64,000 nucleotides of DNA from Sphingobacteriaceae bacterium (GTDB lineage Bacteria; Bacteroidota; Bacteroidia; B-17B0; Aurantibacillaceae). Numbering within the stretch: the first letter of the stretch is position 1; every line of letters starts with the position of its first letter. The notes beneath the pieces were generated by a model, which was not told the DNA's origin, did no database searches, and saw only the letters and a list, made by a program, of their open reading frames with translations. Where the stretch lies: assembly GCA_046345155.1 (NCBI GenBank), contig JBKDKI010000003.1:2026-66025 (forward strand), written 5' to 3'. The position numbers and the translations under genes are program-made. Shown here piece after piece: positions 26,570-37,727 of this stretch.

Positions 26570-27154
26570 TTATTTTCTGATCATTTTATCTACCTGCCAA
26601 ACTAAAAAGCCACTACCAATTCCTATTAGTGCGCCGGCTAACACATCACTTGGGTAATGCACCCCTAATCGCATACGCGAATAACCAACAAATCCGGCAT
26701 ATAAATACGATGGTACAATTACTTGCCAGCTTTTTGAACTTAAACTCAAAGCAGTAGCTGTTGCAAAGGCAGCAGTTGTGTGTCCGCTTGGAAATGATAA
26801 TGGACCTGCGTGTGTACGTTTAATGATGTCATTCGGATAAGATACAAATGGCCGTTCGCGTCGTATGGTAGATTTCAGCAAAATACTTACGCCATTAGCC
26901 AAGCCTATGGTCAACGCACTTTTATAACCATTAGGCATCATCTCCTGATCTTTTTTGTAATACCCATAACTCCAAATACCAATAACACTTGCCGGCATAG
27001 CAGGATAAACTGAAAATGAAACACCTTCCATGGTTTTGTCCCACACCGGCATATTTGTGGCATTGCAAGCTTTCAAAAAACGCACATCTGCATTTTGTGA
27101 ATGTGTATTTACAGTAATTGTTATGAAAACAAAAACCAATGCGATTCTAATCAT
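26570..27154 (-). CDS. PAP2-family phosphatase
   Basis: K.TIRRERP, SFPSGHTT, SRMRLGVHYPSDV. Confidence 0.93.
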   Translation of the reverse strand: MIRIALVFVFITITVNTHSQNADVRFLKACNATNMPVWDKTMEGVSFSVYPAMPASVIGIWSYGYYKKDQEMMPNGYKSALTIGLANGVSILLKSTIRRERPFVSYPNDIIKRTHAGPLSFPSGHTTAAFATATALSLSSKSWQVIVPSYLYAGFVGYSRMRLGVHYPSDVLAGALIGIGSGFLVWQVDKMIRK

Positions 27155-30100
27155 AATGCCTTTTTACTTTTTGTATCTTTTTTTATTTTTTTTAGGTAAC
27201 GTTTGTATAATTCTTCCCAGGTATCAAACTCTTCCCTGTAAAAGAATCCAATTCCTTGTGTATACAATCCGCCTGTTGTTATCAATTGTGTATTATCATT
27301 CGTTCTGTTAAAGCCTTTTAATTTGTATCTACCATCATCACTTAGTTTATATTCAATATTCACATCCCCGATAAAATTTCTGTTAGCGGTTGAACTACCA
27401 CCCATCCCCACATTTACATCGGCAGTTAATTTATCATTCCATAAACTTTTGTTCACATTAATTAAAACTTCATCAGAGTTAGTTTGACTGCCGGGACGGT
27501 AGTTAACGCCTACTTGTAAATTATTATCCAAATTTCCCACAACATTATCCAGCATATTACTTAATCGGTTACTTAACAACTCACTTCCGGTTGAAGCAGC
27601 AGCATTTCCTGCAGTAACACCTCCACCTGTTGCATTATAAATTGTTGGAGGTACGAAACTTCTGAATAGTAGGAATGAGAATACCTGGCGATTCAATTCC
27701 TGTTCATCTGCTAATACGCTATTGATCTGCGAACGCACATTATCAGCAATTGTAGGAAACTCTAAACCAAATGAAATATCCGGACTCATCAATTTATTTT
27801 TCATCTTTAATTTACAAGCGGCAGGCGTTCGGCCTTTGTAGGCGCCTGTTGCGTCATTTATCAGCGGCGCAATGGATGCACGTTGTCTGTAACTGGCTGT
27901 AATATCAATATCTCCGTTATATGGGTTTCCACTCCAAACAATACTGCTGCCGGCATCTATCTCAAATTTTTTGCTGATCACTTTTTCTAAACTGAAATTA
28001 TAATCTCCGCCACTGATTATATATTCACCATACATATCAAACTTACCAAGTGTATTTATTTTCATGGCAATTTCACCTTGACCAAAAACATTTATGGCAT
28101 CGTTATTTGTTTTATCAAAAATGATCTGCATCGTGGTTTCAGGAGTTGCTACAATATTCAGATCGAGGTTAAACCCGGTTATTGGTTTTCTTTCAAAGGT
28201 TTTAATGGTATCTTTTTTAATGAATTTAATAAAGTCGTTATCGGCAATTTCTTCAGGGCCATCAAGCGGCAAAACAAATTTTGAACTTTTTCTGGTGGTG
28301 TCTTTTACTTGCATGTAAATATTATTGAGGAAACCCCAAATTCCTATGTTACCGCTGCTGTATATTTTTCCGTAAAAATCTTTATTCTCCCGCTCGGTTG
28401 TATTTAGTACCAACATGTTCCTGTAGGTTACGTCGTAGTCTAACTGCATGCGTTTAAAGTTAGTGTGGAAGATGTTTCCGTTGATGGTTCCTTGCGGCGC
28501 AGCCTTTAAACCAACTTCACTCATTAACAGATCACTGAATCGGATCTGATCGGGCATGATCTCAATTTTACCGGTAATGTTATAGGTAACATTGGTATAA
28601 TCAATTTTAATCTCGCTTTTAAATAATTTGAGTTCGCCTTCAATTAAAATATTATCGGGCGTGCCATGTATCTTACCACCACCATTTACGAATCCTGATT
28701 TAATGGTGAGGATGCCTTCCATCAATGGATTTAATAATTTAATATTAAGGGGACTTGCTTTAAAATCAATATCTATTGATTCCTCTTTTTTATCGGTATA
28801 ATAATTACCGCTGAACGAGAGGTTTTTAACCTGCACACCAAAGTCATTCGCTAATCCAAGCGATGTATAACCATTCACTTCAATTCGTTTTTCTTTAGGG
28901 ATGTAATCACTTCGCAAAACCAATTCACCAATAATGTTATCGTTGAATTTGAATTTAGTAAAGTCTAAAAAGCTATTCATTGAAAAATGATTCTCTACAT
29001 TTTGCATTTTAATATTTCCGTTCAATTCGCCATTCAGTTTGATCTTAAAAGGACTCAGGATCGGATTGAACTGATCGAGCACCAGATTTTTTGTTACAAT
29101 ATTGATGGAGTCGGATGATTTGTCAGATAATGCACCGCTAATATCTATTGCCTGCAAATTGTTTTCGAAGTGCAATGGTTTTATGATGATAGCTCCTGAT
29201 GAATCAAGAATGGTAGGATTTGAAGTAACCAGTTTCCAGGTACTGTCTTTTACTTTTAAATGAATATCGTTGTAATTAATAACAGCTTGATTGTTGGAGA
29301 ATGAAACATTACCAAAAAATTTACCAGAGGTGTTGGGTGCGTTCTTATCATCCCATTCTAAGTTATACTTTGTGTCAAGATCTTTTGATACCAAATACAT
29401 GAAATAGTTATTCAATTTGATACTATCTGTTAACTGAATATTACTTCCTTTAAATACCAAGTTGATCTTATTGTTTTTTGAATACGATTCGATCACGTTG
29501 TTATTGAATTTAATGCCTGAGGCTTCAATTAAAGGTGATTTTAAGTTAAAATTGAATAAGTTCTTTCCAGCATCAAAATCACCGGCTATGTTGGTGCTCG
29601 GACTGATCATTAAATTTTTCACAAACAATTCATTGATGATATCAAACTTTTTTACGGTGATCTTAAATTTAAAAGCGTCCTTGTAAATTGTTTTGCCTTT
29701 GTTCTTGTCTACAAAGGTTGGATAATAGGTGTTAAGCGTTTGTCTGAATGCTAATGGTAAATTGGTTAATTGATATTTACCGTTCACATCCACATTAAAA
29801 TAATTTGAACTCAGGTGAATTGTTTTCTCAACATCCTCCTGATTTAATGTTAGGTCAAAAGTGCTGATCTTATAGGTTTTTTGTTCGTTCTTGTAAAAGG
29901 TATTATCAAAGTTAATATTGCCTGTTAGGTTGTTTACATTATCGCCTTTTAAATTAATAAGTATTTGTGTAGAGAATTCTGCTTCTTCCTTGGTAAAATT
30001 TAATTTCTTTAAGTTCAATTTATTTACGGTTGATATGAAGTCCATTTCCGGAACCTTATCAGTAAAATGGATATTTCCGTTAAAATCAAAATCGGCATTT

Positions 30101-31620
30101 GGATCGGTACTTACCAATAAACCATTAAATGTTTTTCGATAAAAACTACCATCAACTTTTATATTCGTGTAATTATAGCCGTTAAAGTATAAGCTTTTAA
30201 TAACACCTTCCATATTAGCATCAATTTTATCAACGGTAACGCCTTTTCCGTTCAGCTTAATATCGGTACTTAAATTCCTAAGATCTTTTGAGCCTACCAA
30301 AGCGCCCAAATTAAAATTGTTTGTTTTTATTTTACCATGATAAACCAAGTCGTTTGGTTTCTTTCCGGTTTTAATGGCAATATCTGTTAATACAGATCCC
30401 AGGTCTGTTCTTAAGTTTCCATAAATATTAAAGTCATTTATCAATCCATCAAACTTTCCGTTGTAACTAATAACGCCTAAGCTTTTTAATTGACTTGGAA
30501 TTTCGAGTGGTTTATTTTCTTTGAACGGATAATTTGGAATTTGCTTCAGATCATAATAGGAGGTTGAAAGTCTTTTAGCGTCAAAATGCAGGTAACTGTT
30601 TTGAAAATCAGGTAAGCCCGATAAAGTAAGATCACCAATGAACTCGGTGTGTTTTTTAATTTTCAATTTAAAATTCTGTAAACTCATATCGCTCACATAG
30701 CCTTTTACTTTACCCGATAATTTTATGGTGTCATTTAATCCGGCCAATTCACTGGTAAAAGAGGCAACATCCTTTATGTGAACTTTTGTTTTAGGACGCA
30801 AGTTCACATCCATATAAACTTTATTTATAAAATCGCTATAATCATCCCAGCCATCATATTTAAAATGTAATTTTCCTTTTATGTTGGTGCCCGGTGTAAC
30901 AATTTCAAGGTAATCACATAGTAATTCTTTTTCGCTGAGTTTTAATTTGCTTGAAAGGTTCACCAATTTAAAACCACTTTGTTCGTTGAATCGCAGGTTG
31001 GTAAGCACTACACCAAATGTATCCTTATCGATCTTGATCTGTGAGAATTTACCCCACAAATTATTTATTCGCAGGTTATTAAAATTAATGCTCTCAGTAA
31101 TTTCAGTGGTGTGATTTTCGTTTTTGAATTGAAAATTGATCGCTTCAAGGGTAAGTTCATTAAATGCGACATCCCAACCTTTCTTTGTGGTATCTTTTTG
31201 TTTTGGTGCACCTGAAAAGTAATCGATCAGGAATTGAAAATTCATCACACTATCGTTTTTAGCAATATGTAATTTTGATGTGCTATTGGCGAATGTAATG
31301 TTTTTAATCCCTATTTTTTGATTTTCATAATCAAGTGTACGAATATCCACAATGATGTTACCTCCATTTAAAAGCGTATCGTTTTGCTGATCTTCCAGGT
31401 AAACTCCTTTTAGTGATGCCTGAGTGAAAAACTCCAGTTCAACCTGATCAATTTTTATGGTTGTTTGTAATTCGTTACTTAAATAGGCTGTAGCCTTTTG
31501 TGCAAGCCAGGTTTGAAAACTCGACGTTTTTATGAGAAAAAAAAGCGAAGTAAGTAGCAGCAGTATAACTACCGATAAGTACATGAGGCTTTTTAGCAAT
31601 ATTCTCGTAACTTTGCGCAT
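27151..31620 (-). CDS. tamB: Translocation/assembly module TamB-like protein
   Basis: N-terminal TM anchor, long beta-taenia repeats, C-terminal DUF490-like region (FEIDAGSSIVWSGNPY...FIGDVNIEYKL). Divergent from tsaD as is usual in Bacteroidota. Confidence 0.85.
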   Translation of the reverse strand: MRKVTRILLKSLMYLSVVILLLLTSLFFLIKTSSFQTWLAQKATAYLSNELQTTIKIDQVELEFFTQASLKGVYLEDQQNDTLLNGGNIIVDIRTLDYENQKIGIKNITFANSTSKLHIAKNDSVMNFQFLIDYFSGAPKQKDTTKKGWDVAFNELTLEAINFQFKNENHTTEITESINFNNLRINNLWGKFSQIKIDKDTFGVVLTNLRFNEQSGFKLVNLSSKLKLSEKELLCDYLEIVTPGTNIKGKLHFKYDGWDDYSDFINKVYMDVNLRPKTKVHIKDVASFTSELAGLNDTIKLSGKVKGYVSDMSLQNFKLKIKKHTEFIGDLTLSGLPDFQNSYLHFDAKRLSTSYYDLKQIPNYPFKENKPLEIPSQLKSLGVISYNGKFDGLINDFNIYGNLRTDLGSVLTDIAIKTGKKPNDLVYHGKIKTNNFNLGALVGSKDLRNLSTDIKLNGKGVTVDKIDANMEGVIKSLYFNGYNYTNIKVDGSFYRKTFNGLLVSTDPNADFDFNGNIHFTDKVPEMDFISTVNKLNLKKLNFTKEEAEFSTQILINLKGDNVNNLTGNINFDNTFYKNEQKTYKISTFDLTLNQEDVEKTIHLSSNYFNVDVNGKYQLTNLPLAFRQTLNTYYPTFVDKNKGKTIYKDAFKFKITVKKFDIINELFVKNLMISPSTNIAGDFDAGKNLFNFNLKSPLIEASGIKFNNNVIESYSKNNKINLVFKGSNIQLTDSIKLNNYFMYLVSKDLDTKYNLEWDDKNAPNTSGKFFGNVSFSNNQAVINYNDIHLKVKDSTWKLVTSNPTILDSSGAIIIKPLHFENNLQAIDISGALSDKSSDSINIVTKNLVLDQFNPILSPFKIKLNGELNGNIKMQNVENHFSMNSFLDFTKFKFNDNIIGELVLRSDYIPKEKRIEVNGYTSLGLANDFGVQVKNLSFSGNYYTDKKEESIDIDFKASPLNIKLLNPLMEGILTIKSGFVNGGGKIHGTPDNILIEGELKLFKSEIKIDYTNVTYNITGKIEIMPDQIRFSDLLMSEVGLKAAPQGTINGNIFHTNFKRMQLDYDVTYRNMLVLNTTERENKDFYGKIYSSGNIGIWGFLNNIYMQVKDTTRKSSKFVLPLDGPEEIADNDFIKFIKKDTIKTFERKPITGFNLDLNIVATPETTMQIIFDKTNNDAINVFGQGEIAMKINTLGKFDMYGEYIISGGDYNFSLEKVISKKFEIDAGSSIVWSGNPYNGDIDITASYRQRASIAPLINDATGAYKGRTPAACKLKMKNKLMSPDISFGLEFPTIADNVRSQINSVLADEQELNRQVFSFLLFRSFVPPTIYNATGGGVTAGNAAASTGSELLSNRLSNMLDNVVGNLDNNLQVGVNYRPGSQTNSDEVLINVNKSLWNDKLTADVNVGMGGSSTANRNFIGDVNIEYKLSDDGRYKLKGFNRTNDNTQLITTGGLYTQGIGFFYREEFDTWEELYKRYLKKIKKDTKSKKAL

Positions 31621-31670
31621 GGGCTTGACTCACTAAGTTACACAAAATTAGCCCCCTGAAAACCGAAAAA

Positions 31671-32684
31671 ATGCAAAATATAAACACTTACATCTTAGCA
31701 ATAGAAAGCAGTTGTGACGACACATCTTGCGCTATTTTAAGGAATAACGAAGTGTTAAGCAATGTTACCGCCAATCAAAAAATTCATGAGCAATATGGTG
31801 GTGTAGTACCTGAGTTAGCCAGCCGCGACCATCAAAAGAATATTTTACCTGTTGTTGATGCCGCACTTAAAAAAGCAGGTGTTGAATTATCACAACTTAA
31901 CGCCATTGCGGTAACAAGAGGTCCGGGCTTAATGGGAAGTTTATTGGTGGGTTTAAATTTTGCTAAATCCTTAGCATTGGCCTTAAACATTCCATTGATA
32001 GAAGTGCATCACATGCAAGCGCATATTTTAGCGCATTTTATTGATGATAAGGAACAACAGATACCAACATTTCCTTTTATTTGCCTTACTGTTAGCGGCG
32101 GTCACACGCAATTGGTTAAAGTAACTGATCCATTGAATTTTGAGATCGTAGGACAAACCATTGATGACGCCATTGGCGAAGCCTTTGATAAAGCAGCCAA
32201 AATATTGGGATTGCCTTACCCGGGTGGCCCTTTAATTGATAAATATGCCAAAGAAGGAAATGTTACTAAATTTAAGTTTGCTGATGCGCGAATTCCCGGA
32301 AACGATTTCAGTTTTAGCGGTATTAAAACCTCATTTTTATATTTCATTCAAAAGGAAACGCAGCGCAATACTGATTTTATTAAAGAAAACTTAAATGATA
32401 TTTGCGCTTCTTATCAGCACCATTTGATATCGGTAACAATTAAAAAAACAGTGGCGCTTTTGCAAGAAACCGGTATAACGCAATTAGCCATTGCGGGCGG
32501 TGTTTCGGCTAATTCAGAATTAAGAAATAGAGTGAAGGAATTAGAGCAAAACGGCATCAAAACCTACATCCCCAAATTTGAATTTTGTACCGATAATGCT
32601 GCCATGATCGGCATTTCGGGCTATTACAAGTTTTTAAATAAGCAATTTGCTTCGCTTGATATGGTTCCTTTCACTAGCCAGTAA
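31671..32684 (+). CDS. tsaD: tRNA N6-adenosine threonylcarbamoyltransferase
   Basis: LAIESSCDDT, GGVVPELASRDH, HHMQAH, LTVSGGHT, GEAFDKAAK, FSFSGIKT, TDNAAMI. Confidence 0.97.
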   Translation: MQNINTYILAIESSCDDTSCAILRNNEVLSNVTANQKIHEQYGGVVPELASRDHQKNILPVVDAALKKAGVELSQLNAIAVTRGPGLMGSLLVGLNFAKSLALALNIPLIEVHHMQAHILAHFIDDKEQQIPTFPFICLTVSGGHTQLVKVTDPLNFEIVGQTIDDAIGEAFDKAAKILGLPYPGGPLIDKYAKEGNVTKFKFADARIPGNDFSFSGIKTSFLYFIQKETQRNTDFIKENLNDICASYQHHLISVTIKKTVALLQETGITQLAIAGGVSANSELRNRVKELEQNGIKTYIPKFEFCTDNAAMIGISGYYKFLNKQFASLDMVPFTSQ

Positions 32685-32767
32685 AGCTTTCTTTAATTTT
32701 AGTAATTCGTTATTTCTCATGGGTTTAACTTTATAGTTTAAACTTAATTGCTTACTTTTGCGGCCTC

Positions 32768-34699
32768 ATGGTATCAGTAAATTCAGTAACAGTTTCGTTT
32801 GGCGGATATAATTTATTCGACAATATTTCTTTTTTGATCAACCCAAAAGATCGCATTGGCTTAGCAGGTAAAAATGGTGCAGGAAAAAGTACCATGTTAA
32901 AGTTGTTGGCAGGTGAACAAAACCCAACCAAAGGTGAAATTTCAACACCGCGTGATATCAAGATCGGGTATTTGCCTCAGGATATGATCCACCAGCATGG
33001 TCGCACGGTATTTGAAGAAACCGAATCGGCTTTTCAGGAAATACAATTGTTAGAAAAACGTTTGGATGATATCAACCATCAATTAGAAACACGCACCGAC
33101 TACGAAAGTGACAGCTATATGCGTTTGATCGAAGATCAAACTGAAATTTATACACGTTTGGATATTATTGGTGCCGGAAATAAGAATGAAGAGATTGAAA
33201 AGATCTTAAAAGGTTTAGGATTTGAGCGCAAGGATTTTGACCGACAAACAGCTGAGTTCAGCGGTGGATGGCGCATGCGTATTGAGTTAGCTAAATTGCT
33301 TTTACAAAAGCCTCATATATTGTTATTAGATGAGCCAACCAACCACTTGGATATTGAAGCCATTTTGTGGTTAGAGGAATTTATGGAAACTTTTCCGGGC
33401 GCTGTTGTATTGATCAGTCACGATAAAACATTTTTAGATAACGTTACCGCACGTACCATTGAGATCGTTAACGGTAAAACATACGATTACAAAACAAATT
33501 ATTCGCGTTATCTGATCTTACGTCAGGAACGAATTGATCAACAGGAATCAGCTGCTAAAAATCAGCAAAAGATCATTGATCAAACCGAAGCATTAATTGA
33601 TAAATACCGAGCTAAAGCCAACAAGGCATCTTTCGCACAATCATTGATCAAAAAATTAGATCGCATGGAGCGTGTGGAGGTGGATGATCTGGATACATCG
33701 GTTATGCGCTTTCGTTTTCCTCAACCTGCTCACAGCGGAAAAATTGTGTTAACGGTTGAGCACGCCGGAAAAAAATATGGCGATAAACGTATATTTTCTG
33801 ATGCTAACTTTATTATTACAAAAGGTGAAAAGATAGGATTGGTTGGACGTAATGGTGAAGGAAAAAGTACCATGATGAAAATGATCGCCAAGAAAGTTGA
33901 TCATGAAGGCACGGTGCAAATAGGACATAGCGTTTTGCCCGGATATTTTGAGCAAGATCAGGAAGAAAAATTGGATCCAAAGAAAACTGTATTTGAAACC
34001 ATTGATGAGTTAGCTGTAGGAGAGGTGAGAAAACAGGTGCGCGGATTATTAGGTTCGTTTTTATTTAGCGGAGAAGATATCGATAAAAAAGTTCAGGTAT
34101 TAAGCGGGGGAGAGCGTGGACGTTTGGCATTGTGTAAATTGTTGCTAGAGCCATACAACTTGTTGTTAATGGATGAGCCTACCAATCACCTGGATATTAG
34201 AAGTAAAGATGTATTGAAGAATGCTTTGATGGATTATGAAGGAACGGTAGTGATGGTAAGTCACGATCGTGATTTCATGAAAGGTATTTGTAACCGTTTG
34301 TTTGAATTCAGAGATGGTAAAGTGCGCGAACATTTATGCGATATTGAAGAGTTCATGCAATTACGTAAAGTGGAACGTTTAAATGAGTTGGATCTGGATA
34401 AGAAAACCGTGAAGCAGGAAGACACAGCCAAAAAGCAAGATGCTGTTGTTACACCGGCAACCGACAAAAAAACGGATGCAGATAAAAAGCAATTACAAAA
34501 CAAATTAAAAAAGGTAGAAGAAACCATTGAGAAGTTGGAAGCAGAGATAAAAGCGGCTGATGAAAAATTGGCTGACCAGGCGAACTATGATAAATTAATG
34601 AACGATCAGGTGTTCTTTACAAAATACTCACAATTGAAACAGCAACTCGAAGATGAATTATCAAAGTGGGAAGAAGTATCTTCGCAATTGAATTCATAA
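32768..34699 (+). CDS. ABC-F family ATP-binding protein
   Basis: Two ABC domains (GKNGAGKST/FSGGWRMR/LLLDEPTNHLD; GRNGEGKST/LSGGERGR), no TM segments, C-terminal coiled coil. Confidence 0.95.
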   Translation: MVSVNSVTVSFGGYNLFDNISFLINPKDRIGLAGKNGAGKSTMLKLLAGEQNPTKGEISTPRDIKIGYLPQDMIHQHGRTVFEETESAFQEIQLLEKRLDDINHQLETRTDYESDSYMRLIEDQTEIYTRLDIIGAGNKNEEIEKILKGLGFERKDFDRQTAEFSGGWRMRIELAKLLLQKPHILLLDEPTNHLDIEAILWLEEFMETFPGAVVLISHDKTFLDNVTARTIEIVNGKTYDYKTNYSRYLILRQERIDQQESAAKNQQKIIDQTEALIDKYRAKANKASFAQSLIKKLDRMERVEVDDLDTSVMRFRFPQPAHSGKIVLTVEHAGKKYGDKRIFSDANFIITKGEKIGLVGRNGEGKSTMMKMIAKKVDHEGTVQIGHSVLPGYFEQDQEEKLDPKKTVFETIDELAVGEVRKQVRGLLGSFLFSGEDIDKKVQVLSGGERGRLALCKLLLEPYNLLLMDEPTNHLDIRSKDVLKNALMDYEGTVVMVSHDRDFMKGICNRLFEFRDGKVREHLCDIEEFMQLRKVERLNELDLDKKTVKQEDTAKKQDAVVTPATDKKTDADKKQLQNKLKKVEETIEKLEAEIKAADEKLADQANYDKLMNDQVFFTKYSQLKQQLEDELSKWEEVSSQLNS

Positions 34700-34741
34700 A
34701 AAAAGTGAAACTTACATTTTTTCGATCCGTATAAATTACAA

Positions 34742-35503
34742 ATGCAAATTAAAAAACATATCCCAAATGTTATCACCTGTGGTAATTTAGTTTGCGGCTG
34801 TGTAGCCATTTTGCAAATATTTGAAGGGAACATGGTATTGGCTTCTTACCTGGTTGGTTTGGCGGCCGTACTTGATTTTTTTGACGGGTTTGCCGCTCGT
34901 TTACTCAAAGTGAGTTCGCCAATTGGGAAGGATCTGGATAGCTTGGCAGATATGGTTACCTTTGGTGTTGTTCCGGGTTTGATCATGCATCGCATGTTGC
35001 AGATCGGTTATTTGGTAAATCATCAGGATTACGAGGTGGTTATCCGAAATCAATGGATGGTTTATATCCCACTTTTAATTCCTGTTTTTTCGGCAGTTCG
35101 CTTAGCCAAATTCAATAATGATACCCGACAAACCGAAGCTTTCATTGGTGTTCCAACCCCTGCCAACGCCATTTTGATCTGCTCCATTCCATTGATCGTA
35201 AATTGGGATACACAGTTTGACCTCAAACATTGTGGTATCATCCATTTCTTAATTCACCCCTATGCGATCCTGGGTTTATCCGTATTGATGTCGTATTTAC
35301 TGGTTGCAGAACTTCCTTTATTCTCTTTAAAATTCAAACAATTCGGATGGAAGGGAAATGAGATACGTTTTGTGTTTCTGGCACTTTCATTAGTTAGTCT
35401 TATTGTTTTTCAGTTCTTAGGATTAACCATTGCCATTGTGCTTTACATTGTTCTGTCTCTCGTGAACAATTTATTCTTCAAGCCTAAGACTCAAAGTAAT
35501 TAA
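34742..35503 (+). CDS. pssA: CDP-alcohol phosphatidyltransferase (phosphatidylserine synthase-like)
   Basis: DFFDGFAARLL...GKDLDSLADMVTFGVVP signature, RLAKFN, FIGVPTPA. Confidence 0.85.
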   Translation: MQIKKHIPNVITCGNLVCGCVAILQIFEGNMVLASYLVGLAAVLDFFDGFAARLLKVSSPIGKDLDSLADMVTFGVVPGLIMHRMLQIGYLVNHQDYEVVIRNQWMVYIPLLIPVFSAVRLAKFNNDTRQTEAFIGVPTPANAILICSIPLIVNWDTQFDLKHCGIIHFLIHPYAILGLSVLMSYLLVAELPLFSLKFKQFGWKGNEIRFVFLALSLVSLIVFQFLGLTIAIVLYIVLSLVNNLFFKPKTQSN

Positions 35504-35555
35504 CCAATTGCGTTAATTATAAACAATCAATCCATGTCCGTTTTTATATTGCTTA

Positions 35556-35657
35556 TTACTTGTTAAATTAGCGCTGCTTATATAGCACGCAAGTAACAAG
35601 CGTATTAGGGAAGCAAAATTAATAAAGCATTTCAGCGGATGAATTTTAGAAGCCGCG
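35556..35657 (+). promoter_or_regulatory. Structured metK 5' leader; candidate SAM-responsive riboswitch
   Basis: Complementary segments UUACUUG/CAAGUAA, CGCUG/CAGCG, UGCUU/AAGCA, ACGC/GCGU and GCGG/CCGC in an otherwise AT-rich leader. Class not established. Confidence 0.35.
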
Positions 35658-35741
35658 TAATAATTAAATTAATTTTTGATATTCCTTTTATTCTTTTACA
35701 TTTGAAAAACTTAAAAAACTTAAAACTTAAATCATAACAAA

Positions 35742-36995
35742 ATGGGTTATTTATTTACCTCAGAATCTGTGTCAGAAGGACACCCGGACAAAGTAGCTGA
35801 TCAAATTTCAGACGCTTTAATTGATAACTTTTTAGCATTCGATCCTTCTTCAAAGGTAGCATGTGAAACATTGGTAACTACTGGTCAGGTTGTTTTGGCT
35901 GGTGAAGTGAAATCTAAGACTTACTTAGATGTTCAGGAAATTGCCCGTCAGGTTATTCGTAAAATTGGTTACACCAAAGCAGAATACATGTTCGAAGCAA
36001 ATTCGTGTGGTGTGCTTTCTGCGATCCATGAGCAATCTCAAGATATTAATCAGGGTGTTGAGCGTAAGAAAAAGGAAGATCAAGGTGCAGGTGATCAAGG
36101 TATGATGTTTGGTTATGCAACTAACGAAACGCCTAACTATATGCCATTAGCATTAGACCTTGCACATGGTATTTTATTAGAGTTAGCTGCTTTACGTCGC
36201 GAAAATAAAGAAATTAAATATTTACGTCCCGATGCAAAATCTCAGGTTACTTTAGAATATGATGATAACAACAAACCGGTGCGTATTGATGCGATCGTTG
36301 TTTCTACTCAGCACGATGATTTTGATTCAGAAAGTAAAATGTTAGCGAAGATCAAAAAAGACATCATCGACATTTTGATCCCTCGCGTAAAGAAAAAATA
36401 TCCGAAGTACGCTAGCTTATTTAACGATAAGATCAATTACCATATCAACCCAACCGGTAAATTCGTTATTGGTGGTCCGCATGGAGATACAGGATTAACC
36501 GGTCGTAAGATCATTGTTGATACTTACGGTGGAAAAGGTGCTCACGGTGGTGGTGCATTCTCTGGTAAAGATCCAAGTAAGGTTGACCGTTCAGCAGCTT
36601 ATGCAACGCGTCACATTGCTAAGAACTTAGTTGCGGCAGGTGTTTGTTCTGAAGTTTTAGTACAAGTATCTTATGCAATTGGTGTTGCAAAACCAATGGG
36701 TATCTATATCAATACTTATGGCACTGCAAATGTAAAAATGACCGATGGTGAGATCGCTAAGATCGTTGAGAAAGTATTTGATATGCGCCCTTACTTCATT
36801 GAGCAACGTTTAAAATTACGTACGCCAATGTATAGCGAAACTGCTGCATACGGACATATGGGACGTAAGAACGAAATAGTTACTAAAACTTTTAAATCAC
36901 CTGATGGAAAAACAAAAACTGTAAAAGTTGAGTTATTTACTTGGGAGAAATTAGATTATGTAGCTAAAGTAAAAGCTGCGTTTAAGATCAAATAA
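35742..36995 (+). CDS. metK: S-adenosylmethionine synthetase
   Basis: [56 protein letters not shown]. Confidence 0.98.
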   Translation: MGYLFTSESVSEGHPDKVADQISDALIDNFLAFDPSSKVACETLVTTGQVVLAGEVKSKTYLDVQEIARQVIRKIGYTKAEYMFEANSCGVLSAIHEQSQDINQGVERKKKEDQGAGDQGMMFGYATNETPNYMPLALDLAHGILLELAALRRENKEIKYLRPDAKSQVTLEYDDNNKPVRIDAIVVSTQHDDFDSESKMLAKIKKDIIDILIPRVKKKYPKYASLFNDKINYHINPTGKFVIGGPHGDTGLTGRKIIVDTYGGKGAHGGGAFSGKDPSKVDRSAAYATRHIAKNLVAAGVCSEVLVQVSYAIGVAKPMGIYINTYGTANVKMTDGEIAKIVEKVFDMRPYFIEQRLKLRTPMYSETAAYGHMGRKNEIVTKTFKSPDGKTKTVKVELFTWEKLDYVAKVKAAFKIK

Positions 36996-37016
36996 TCATT
37001 TTCCTTAATAAATTTT

Positions 37017-37050
37017 AAAACCCTGATCCAGTATCAGGGTTTTTTGTTTT
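37017..37050 (+). terminator. Rho-independent terminator of metK
   Basis: aaaaccctgat-ccagt-atcagggtttt followed by a U-tract. Confidence 0.88.
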
Positions 37051-37138
37051 GGTAAAGGCCTTACTATGAAAAGCGCTTAAAATTTTGTAACTTTGGTAGT
37101 ATCAGGTGTGAGCGATCATACCTGCTTAATTGGTTAAA

Positions 37139-37720
37139 ATGAAAAAAATTGTATCCGTTTTCTTGTTTGCAATTGTTGTAATGATAGCATTTGCAGCTAC
37201 TCCCGGAAGATCGAGTTCCGGCGCACCTCCTTCGCATACCGGTGCCCCTGATGAAAAAACATGTGCTACGGCAGGTTGCCATGATGATGCCGGCGAAGTA
37301 AATTCAGGCACTGCCACATTGGAAATGGAATTAGGAAATTCGATCAAAAATTATGTTGCCGGAAAAACCTATGCGGTTAAAGTTAAAATTTCTGATAGCA
37401 ATAAGAGCCGATTTGGTTTTCAGATATTGGCGATGGACCCAGAATCAAAAACAAGTGTGGGTAAATTTACCATTACCGATAAAGAACGAACACAATTGGT
37501 AAGTAATTCGTATGAATTAAAGGATCGTGAATATGTAACCTATACCTTTAATGGCACAGATGCTGTTTCCAATGGTTTGGGCGAGTGGGTGGTAAATTGG
37601 ACAGCTCCTGAGAATGCAACGAAGCCTGTAGTGTTTTATGTAGCAGGCGTATCAGCTAACGATGATATGTCAGATAAAGGCGATAAAGTGTATACCAGAT
37701 CATTTACTTTTAATAAATAA
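37139..37720 (+). CDS. Secreted Reeler-like (choice-of-anchor V type) protein with CX4CH motif
   Basis: Signal peptide, HTGAPDEKTCATAGCH, YVAGKTY.V.V, RFGFQI, W...WTAP...VVFYVAGVSAN. Start reassigned from TTG 37130 to ATG 37139. Confidence 0.75.
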   Translation: MKKIVSVFLFAIVVMIAFAATPGRSSSGAPPSHTGAPDEKTCATAGCHDDAGEVNSGTATLEMELGNSIKNYVAGKTYAVKVKISDSNKSRFGFQILAMDPESKTSVGKFTITDKERTQLVSNSYELKDREYVTYTFNGTDAVSNGLGEWVVNWTAPENATKPVVFYVAGVSANDDMSDKGDKVYTRSFTFNK

Positions 37721-37727
37721 GCAGATC

